64,000 bases of DNA, from positions 352,001 to 416,000 of the forward strand of contig CAWCPV010000014.1 of NCBI GenBank assembly GCA_963797555.1, read 5' to 3'. A model generated the notes under the pieces. The model was given only the letters and a program-made list of their open reading frames with translations. It did no database searches and was not told where the DNA came from. The translations under genes and the position numbers were made by a program. Positions within the stretch are counted from its first letter, which is position 1, and each line of letters starts with the position of its first letter. Below, in pieces: positions 57,247 through 64,000 of this stretch. This DNA is from an uncultured Gammaproteobacteria bacterium (lineage in GTDB: Bacteria; Pseudomonadota; Gammaproteobacteria; CAWCPV01).

Positions 57247-58905
57247 CCTGATTCCGTGACTTCGCGTCTCAGCGGATGGCCGCAACCTGCTGATTTATCA
57301 TTGCAGTTCAGCTAAAATCGGGCCGCACTCCAGCTCACCCGGCAGGTGAACGATGAAGCGGTTCATCTTGGAGCAGTCCGATGAGGAATTTTACACCTCC
57401 CATTCTGGTCTGGCCTTGGTCGGTCTTTGCGGCAACCGCTTTAGCGGGTTGGGCAAGGCGCTGAAGCAGGCGATCCCGCTACGCCACGGCATCTCCCATG
57501 AAGACGTAGCCAAGAGCTATCTGGGGTTGATGTGTTTGGGCAAGAGCGACTTCGAAGCGGTCTCCAACGTCCGAGAGGACGATTTCTTCCGCCAGGCGTT
57601 GGGGCTGGAGCGGGTACCCTCGCCAGAAACGCTGAGGCAGCGTCTCGACGAGCACGCAGCGGTCCTGCGGGAGGTCATTGACGAGGCCGATATCGAGTTC
57701 ATGGTCAACGCCAAGGCACCGGTCAGTGCGCTCAAGACCGGTCATGTGCCGGTGGACATCGATGTCTTTCCCATGGACAACTCCGGGACCAAGCAAGAAG
57801 GAGTCTCGCGCACCTACCACGGCTATGACGGTTATGCGCCGATCGCGACCTACGTGGGAACCGAAGGGTGGTGCGTCGGCTGTGAGCTGCGAGAAGGCAA
57901 GCAGCACAGTCAGAAGGAATTCGGCTAGGTCTGGGAGCGCATCCTGCCGCGGGCCAGGCGCCTGACCAAACTGCCGCTGCTGGTGCGCCAGGACAGCGCC
58001 CACGACGCCTTGGAGAACCGGCTGCGCTACCTCGAAGAGGAGGTGGACTTCATTATCCAGTGGAACCCTCGGGGCGAGGACCCTGCCCATTGGCTGGAGC
58101 GCGCCGAGCGCCAAGGGGCATGGGAGACACCCCGACCCGGCAAGCGCGTGGCGCTGTTCAGCGTCGTCGAGGAGCACCCCCATCGGGAGCACACCTACCA
58201 CGTTCGCCGGGTGATGCGGGTGACCGAGCGCACCATCGACAAGAAGGGCCAGGCGCTGTTGGTACCGGAGCTGGAGCTCGATGGCTGGTGGACCTCGCTC
58301 GCCTATCCGGACGCGGAGATCGTCGCCCTGTACCGGAGGACCTCCGAGCAGTTCCACAGCGAGTTCAAGACCGACCTCGATATCGAACGGCTGCCCTCCG
58401 GGAAATTCGACACCAATGACCTGGTGCTCGCCTTTGCCGTGTTCGCCTACAACATCCTGCGCTTCATCGGGCTCATCGGGCTGACCGGCGAGTCGGCTCC
58501 CCTGCGCCATCCGGCCAAGCGCCGGCGGATCAAGACCGTCCTCCAGGAACTGATGTACCTCGCCGCCCGGTTGGTCGCCACCGCCCGCAGACTGAAGCTG
58601 CGCTTCAGCCGGCTCTGTCCCGGCTTCCGCGCCTTCGAGCAGGTGTATTACCAACTCGCCTTCGGGTAGCTAGGACGACCTCCATAGAAACTCGACCCGG
58701 GCCTCACCAGACCCCGGTGTAAACCTACGCCCGAAATTCAGCGTCCAAGCCTCAAAGCCCCGCCGTCACTCCTGCGCCGACGAGGGTCTACGCCCGCTGT
58801 ACATAGCCGGCGTCACCGGTTGGCTAAAAACTAACCAACTCAACTGAGAATAGCTCCCATTCTCTCGCGCCCCGGGCGCTCGGAGATTCAAGTCACGGAT
58901 CCAGG
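57247..58905 (+). mobile_element. IS1380-family element; transposase 57353-58669 with an internal stop at 57926
   Basis: TIRs CCTGATTCCGTGACTT / AAGTCACGGATCCAGG; 5-bp TSD ATGCT; DID, GYAP and EQFHSEFK motifs. Confidence 0.93.
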
Positions 58906-59016
58906 ATGCTGCTAATTTGCCCGCGCGGGAAGTCGCAGTCGTCACGCAGCGCCCGCCGGCCTTGCGAAGCTTCGTTCGTTGTGGGCTTCAGCCTGAAGGG
59001 GCTGAAGGGCATCTCA

Positions 59017-59158
59017 GAACTGGTGAAGAAATCGTCGCGAGGTGCGCAAGAGGAAGGCGCACGGAGCACAACGCCGAGACAGATCGAGTAGGCAGGCTAG
59101 ACGCTAGCGCCTCGCGACGCCCCTGTCGGGGCACGCAGCAGATTTGTTTCACAAGCTA
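59017..59158. mobile_element. MITE-like element (142 bp)
   Basis: imperfect TIRs GAACTGGTGAAGAAATC / GATTTGTTTCACAAGCTA; TCA on both sides; related end at 31642. Confidence 0.55.
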
Positions 59159-59602
59159 TCAGGCCACGGACCGTTCCTCGGAGACAGTGCGCTTATCCAG
59201 ATTGGGTGCTGCACCAGTCCAATGTACGCTGTCGATGAGCTGCGTCAGGGTGATAGTCTCCAAAAAATCTCTCACTCGGCGGCTCAGGGCGTGCCAGAGC
59301 TTTTGCGATGGTGCAAGTGCCACGTGCGCCTCTCTTGCCACCAGAGGGCCATCCACCGTCGAGACGATGTCGGCGATGCTTATCTGACTGGGCGGCTTGC
59401 TCAGGCAGTAGCCACCACCTGGACCGCGTATGCCTTCGACCAGCCCCTGCCGGCGCAGGCGCGAGAATATCTGCTCCAGGTAGGACAGGGAAATGCCCTG
59501 GCGCTGCGAGATCTGGGCCAGGGTTACCGGGGCCTGCCCCGGTTGCAGCGCGAGATCCAGCATAGACGTGACTGCATAGCGAGCCTTTCTCGAAAGTCTC
59601 AT
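59159..59602 (-). CDS. Rrf2 family regulator (IscR-like)
   Basis: RYAV..MLDLA, ISLSYLEQIF and RGPGGGY motifs. Confidence 0.9.
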   Translation of the reverse strand: MRLSRKARYAVTSMLDLALQPGQAPVTLAQISQRQGISLSYLEQIFSRLRRQGLVEGIRGPGGGYCLSKPPSQISIADIVSTVDGPLVAREAHVALAPSQKLWHALSRRVRDFLETITLTQLIDSVHWTGAAPNLDKRTVSEERSVA

Positions 59603-59669
59603 CGTGGAGCTCCGTTTATCGGTTGACATGCCAGTAGCGCGAAAATTTGACTGACACGGCAAATTGTAC

Positions 59670-59694
59670 ACATACTTGATTAAAGCAGTCAACT
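59670..59694. promoter_or_regulatory. IscR type-1-like operator
   Basis: ATACTTGATTAAAGCAGTCAACTA upstream of the Rrf2 gene. Confidence 0.55.
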
Positions 59695-59829
59695 AATAGG
59701 GCACTCCCGGGCATGCCCGGTGTGACACCCCGCCTTACCCCCGTCGATGGTGGGGCGGGTTGATTTCAGACTGACTCCGCAGACGATCGGCCCGGCTGGG
59801 CCCAGGGGCAAGTGTAAGGACACAGATCC

Positions 59830-60534
59830 ATGCCTGAAAGGACCACTAACGGTATCCAAGGCATGCTGCGGCAGATCCCCTTGTTCAGCGCTCTCTGCGA
59901 GCAGGATCTGGACCCCATCGCCAGAGCGGCGCGCATCCTCAGCGTGAAGAGGGGAGCCGTGGTATGCCAAAAAGGCGACCGCCTGCCAGGTTGCTACTGC
60001 GTGTTGAGCGGTCAGGTCAAGCTGGCGCTCTTGTCCCCTTCGGGCTTCGAGAAAGTGGTCGATTTGATACATCCGGGCATGAGCTTCGGCGAAGCCCTGA
60101 TGTTCGTCCGGGAACCCTGCCCCGTCTATGCCCAGGCACTGATGGACAGCACCTTGGTGTTCGTCCCCGAGGACCCGATATTCGGAGCCCTGAGTCGCAG
60201 CCCAGATTTCAGCCGCAACATGCTCGCGGGAATCAGCAGGCGCCTGCACCAGATCATCCTCGACCTGGAAAGCCAGTGCCTACAGCCCGCGGCCCAACGC
60301 ATCATCGGCTACCTGTTGAGGGAAGTCGAAGCCCAGCGGGAGAATGGCACGGGCCGGTCCGCCCGCATACGCCTGCCGGTAAGCAAGGTGATCGTCGCCT
60401 CCCACCTCAACGTCACCCCCGAGACTCTTTCGCGCACCCTGAACTTCCTGTCCCAGCAGAACCTGATCAGCGTCAAGGGCCGTCTCATCCACATCCGGGA
60501 CCTGGAAGCCCTGCGCTCCTGCGGGCGAAGCTGA
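59830..60534 (+). CDS. Crp/Fnr family regulator (Dnr-like)
   Basis: SFGEALMF; HTH PETLSR; no N-terminal FNR Cys cluster. Confidence 0.88.
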   Translation: MPERTTNGIQGMLRQIPLFSALCEQDLDPIARAARILSVKRGAVVCQKGDRLPGCYCVLSGQVKLALLSPSGFEKVVDLIHPGMSFGEALMFVREPCPVYAQALMDSTLVFVPEDPIFGALSRSPDFSRNMLAGISRRLHQIILDLESQCLQPAAQRIIGYLLREVEAQRENGTGRSARIRLPVSKVIVASHLNVTPETLSRTLNFLSQQNLISVKGRLIHIRDLEALRSCGRS

Positions 60535-60546
60535 GCTCTCTCTAAC

Positions 60547-60560
60547 TTGATGCAGATCAA
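60547..60560. promoter_or_regulatory. FNR/Dnr box
   Basis: perfect TTGAT-GCAG-ATCAA upstream of napD. Confidence 0.85.
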
Positions 60561-60620
60561 GGCATACTCGTCGGACGCCTTGGTACAAAGACTTTCGATG
60601 TGCGATCGCTGGCCTCGCCC

Positions 60621-60935
60621 ATGAACCTGTCCGGAATCCTTGTCGTCGTCACGCCCGAACGGACTCCTGACGCCGCACAGCGCCTTGCCGCTCTGCCGGG
60701 CGTGGAGGTACACCACACCGAGGCAGCCAGCGGACGCATCGTCGTTACCCAGGAGGCCGGATCAGTGGCCGAAGAGGTGGACGGTCTCAAGCGCATCAAG
60801 TCCCTGCCGTGGGTCGTACTGGCAGAGATGGTGTACCACTACTTCGAGGAAGATTCGTCTTTCTCGGCGGGTCCGCCCCCGGGGCTCGACGCCATGACCG
60901 GTATCCAGGTTCCCGACCAACTCAAGACAACCTAG
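60621..60935 (+). CDS. napD: nitrate reductase chaperone NapD
   Basis: [15 protein letters not shown] and AEMVYH motifs; precedes napA. Confidence 0.9.
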   Translation: MNLSGILVVVTPERTPDAAQRLAALPGVEVHHTEAASGRIVVTQEAGSVAEEVDGLKRIKSLPWVVLAEMVYHYFEEDSSFSAGPPPGLDAMTGIQVPDQLKTT

Positions 60936-60972
60936 GGCGCGTTCTGGCTATCCAGCTTGGAGGGATGCGGAA

Positions 60973-63720
60973 ATGGAGGTGAGCCGTCGCGACTTCATGA
61001 AGACCGGCATTGCCGCTGCCACCGCCATGACGGTCGGTTTGGACGTAACGCGGGAAGCCCGCGCCGCCGCCCAGCAAACGGAGGCTGGCTGGCGCTGGGA
61101 CAAGGCCGTCTGCCGGTTCTGCGGGGTGGGCTGCGGCATCATGGTGGCCACCAAGGGTGGAAAGATCGTGGCCACCAAGGGCGACCCAGACGCACCGGTC
61201 AACCGCGGTCTCAACTGCATCAAGGGCTACTTCAACGGCAAGATCCTCTACGGCAAGGACCGGCTGACCCAGCCCCTCATGCGCATGACGGATGGTAAGT
61301 TCGACAAGAAGGGCAAGTTCTTCCCGGTCAACTGGGAGCAGGCATTCGACGAGATGGAGCGGCAGCTCCGCAAGGCTTACCAGGAAAAGGGGCCTGCGGG
61401 AATAGCCATCATCGGCTCTGGACAGTACACGGTCCAGGAGGGCTACGTCGCAGCCAAGCTGATAAAGGCGGGCTTTCGCAGCAACAACATCGACCCCAAC
61501 GCGCGCAACTGCATGGCTTCGGCCGTAGCCGCCTTCATCCAGGCGTTCGGCATCGACGAGCCCGCTGGCAACTATGACGACATAGAGCACACCGATACCG
61601 TAGTGGCTTGGGGCGCCAACATGGCGGAGTGCCATCCCATCATGTGGTCGAGGGTGGCGGATCGGCGGCTCTACCACGACAAGGTGCGCGTGGTGAACAT
61701 CAGCACCTTCCCCAACCAGACCTCCGCCATCGCGGACACCGAGATCATCATCAAGCCCCAGACCGATCTCGCGCTGTGGAACTACATTGCCCGCGAGATC
61801 GTCAAGCGCGACGCGGTCAACTGGGACTTCGTCAACAAGCACTGTGTTTTCGCGACGGGCCCGTATGACATCGGGTTCGGGCTACGTGCCACGGACAAGT
61901 ATGCCTTCCCAGCGGAGCACGACACTCAGGCCAAGGAGCTGGAGGTGGTCCTGACGCGCGAAGAAGCCATCGCCCAGCGCAAGGACCCGGAAAAAGTCTG
62001 GCGGATCAAACAGGAGAACCGCGAGACGGCGGGCAAGCACTGGCTCATCAGTTTCGATGAGTTCAGGAAAGGCGTCGAGCCCTACACCCTGGATTTCGTG
62101 GCGGCACTCGCCAAGGGCAGCCCCGATGAGTCGTTGGAGGAGTTCAAGGGCAAGCTCCGGCATCTCGCGGACCTGTACATCGACCCCAAGCGCAAGGTGG
62201 TCAGCTTCTGGACCATGGGCTTCAACCAGCACAATCGCGGTACCTGGGTCAACGAGCAGGCGTACGCGGTCCACCTGCTGCTCGGCAAGATCGCGCGGCC
62301 GGGAAACAGCCCGTTCTCCAACACCGGCCAGCCTTCGGCCTGCGGCACCGCGCGCGAGGTGGGCACATTCTCGCACCGTCTGCCCGCCGACATGGTGGTG
62401 GACAACCCCAAGCACCGGGAGCGGGCGGAGCACCTCTGGAAGCTCCCGGCCAAGACCATCAATCCCAAGGTGGGCAGCCACATTACCAAGATCATGCGCG
62501 ACTTGGAGGATGGCAGCGTCAAGTGGGCCTGGGTGCAGGTCAACAACCCCTTCCAGCACTGCGCCAACGCCAACCATTGGACCAAGGCGGCCCGGGACAT
62601 GGACAACTTCATCGTGGTGTCCGATTGCTACCCGAGCATTTCCTGCAAGGTGGCCGACCTGATCCTGCCTTCCGCGATGATCTTCGAGAAATGGGGGGCC
62701 TACGGTAACGCCGAGCGGCGCACGCAGGTCTGGCGCCAGCAGGTGGCGGCGCCGGGACAGGCCCGCACCGACGTGTGGCAGGTCCTGGAGTTCTCCAAGC
62801 GATTCAAGCTCAAGGATGTTTGGAGCGAGCAGCCGCTGCCCGGTCTGAAGGAGGCCGGTTTCGAGGACGGAAAGCTTCCCAATGTGTTGGCCGAGGCCGA
62901 GAAGATGGGGTACACGCCGGAGATGACCCTGTACGAGGTCCTGTTCGCCACGCCGGACAACAAGAAGCACAGGTGGCCGGATCCAGTAGCCAAGGGACAC
63001 GACAACGACACGGTCACGGCGCTCGGCGAGGACTGGTTCGTGGAGAAGGCTGTATTCGAGGAGTATGCCCAGTTCGGCCGCGCACACATGCATGACCTGG
63101 CGCCGTTCGACACTTACTACCGAGACGACGTACGGGGGCTAAGGTGGCCGGTGGTGGGCGGCAAGGAGACACCGTGGCGTTTCAACGAGAAGCACGACCC
63201 CTACGTCACCAAGGGAGCCGGCATCGAGTTCTACGGGCCGGCCATGAAGGAGCTCCCGCAGGGCGACCTGGACAAGGTCACGAAGCCCGAGAAGGTGAGC
63301 CTCAGAGGCAAGGCGAAGATATTCTTTCGACCCTATGCGGCGCCGCCGGAGGTCCCGGACCGAAACTATGACCTGTGGCTCTGCACCGGCCGCGTGCTCG
63401 AGCAGTGGCACACCGGCACCATGACCCAGCGCGTGCCTGAGCTCCACCGGGCGGTCCCGACGGCGTTGCTTTACATGCACCCCGACGATGCCAAGGCGCG
63501 GGGGCTGGCCCGGAACCAGGTGGCGTGGATCGAGTCGCGCCGCGGCAAAGTCAAGGCCGTCGTGGAGACGCAGGGCCGCAATCGGCCGCCCAGAGGGTAT
63601 GTGTTCGTGCCCTTCTTCGACGAGGCCGTCTTCATCAACAAGGTCACACTGGACATGACCTGTCCCATCTCGAAGGAAGAGGACTACAAGAAGTGCGCGG
63701 CCAAAGTCTATAGGGCCTGA
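60973..63720 (+). CDS. napA: periplasmic nitrate reductase catalytic subunit
   Basis: Tat motif [35 protein letters not shown] and DYKKCA. Confidence 0.97.
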   Translation: MEVSRRDFMKTGIAAATAMTVGLDVTREARAAAQQTEAGWRWDKAVCRFCGVGCGIMVATKGGKIVATKGDPDAPVNRGLNCIKGYFNGKILYGKDRLTQPLMRMTDGKFDKKGKFFPVNWEQAFDEMERQLRKAYQEKGPAGIAIIGSGQYTVQEGYVAAKLIKAGFRSNNIDPNARNCMASAVAAFIQAFGIDEPAGNYDDIEHTDTVVAWGANMAECHPIMWSRVADRRLYHDKVRVVNISTFPNQTSAIADTEIIIKPQTDLALWNYIAREIVKRDAVNWDFVNKHCVFATGPYDIGFGLRATDKYAFPAEHDTQAKELEVVLTREEAIAQRKDPEKVWRIKQENRETAGKHWLISFDEFRKGVEPYTLDFVAALAKGSPDESLEEFKGKLRHLADLYIDPKRKVVSFWTMGFNQHNRGTWVNEQAYAVHLLLGKIARPGNSPFSNTGQPSACGTAREVGTFSHRLPADMVVDNPKHRERAEHLWKLPAKTINPKVGSHITKIMRDLEDGSVKWAWVQVNNPFQHCANANHWTKAARDMDNFIVVSDCYPSISCKVADLILPSAMIFEKWGAYGNAERRTQVWRQQVAAPGQARTDVWQVLEFSKRFKLKDVWSEQPLPGLKEAGFEDGKLPNVLAEAEKMGYTPEMTLYEVLFATPDNKKHRWPDPVAKGHDNDTVTALGEDWFVEKAVFEEYAQFGRAHMHDLAPFDTYYRDDVRGLRWPVVGGKETPWRFNEKHDPYVTKGAGIEFYGPAMKELPQGDLDKVTKPEKVSLRGKAKIFFRPYAAPPEVPDRNYDLWLCTGRVLEQWHTGTMTQRVPELHRAVPTALLYMHPDDAKARGLARNQVAWIESRRGKVKAVVETQGRNRPPRGYVFVPFFDEAVFINKVTLDMTCPISKEEDYKKCAAKVYRA

Positions 63721-64000
63721 CCGCGTCACTGCTTCAGGGGGTGCGGGGGCGCTGGCCCGCCACCCGCACGACCAGGAGAGTTTGGACCTTGTCCCAGCAC
63801 TCGCGCCGTGAGTTCCTCCCGAGGGCGGCCTGCGTGTCCACCCTGGCCCCTGTCGGCGGCGGGCTTTGGTCCTCTCTCTTGGAGGAACAGGCCCGACCAG
63901 TCCGTTTGCCTTGCGCCCGCCAAGCTCTCTGGCAGAGGGCGGTTTCAGCGCCGTTTGCATCAAGTCATCGACATCGAGAACTGCCCCTCTTGGCGGTGCC

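Noticed and set aside
57479-58654. Long antisense ORFs over transposases and napA
   Set aside because: Shadow frames expected in GC-rich coding DNA.

Overview
GC-rich gammaproteobacterial chromosome segment (Chromatiales-like by gene content; inference). pyrF at the left edge is followed by about 49 kb of decayed, IS-saturated accessory DNA that ends at the 3' end of tRNA-Thr(TGT) at 49650. Core genes follow: coaX, birA, an AI-2E transporter, LysR, tRNA-Ser, yccA, Rrf2, Crp/Fnr and napDA. The accessory region holds IS66, IS4, two IS110, IS5, ISL3, IS256, IS3, two IS630, ISAzo13, an IS1380 remnant, several IS200 derivatives, two group II introns and remnants of primase/DUF927 satellite-like elements; a full-length IS1380 lies among the core genes. 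Most notable: (1) two unrelated IS families, each bounded by TIRs and TSDs, carry the same DUF4338 passenger gene; (2) an IS621-like IS110 whose bridge-RNA guides can be matched to its own junctions; (3) both group II introns, one of them ORF-less, sit in IS termini; (4) a displaced tRNA-Thr 3' half suggests tandem island accretion; (5) an unannotated ~60-95 bp repeat occurs three times. All family assignments are from motif recognition by eye, with no database search. Some frameshifts could be assembly errors.
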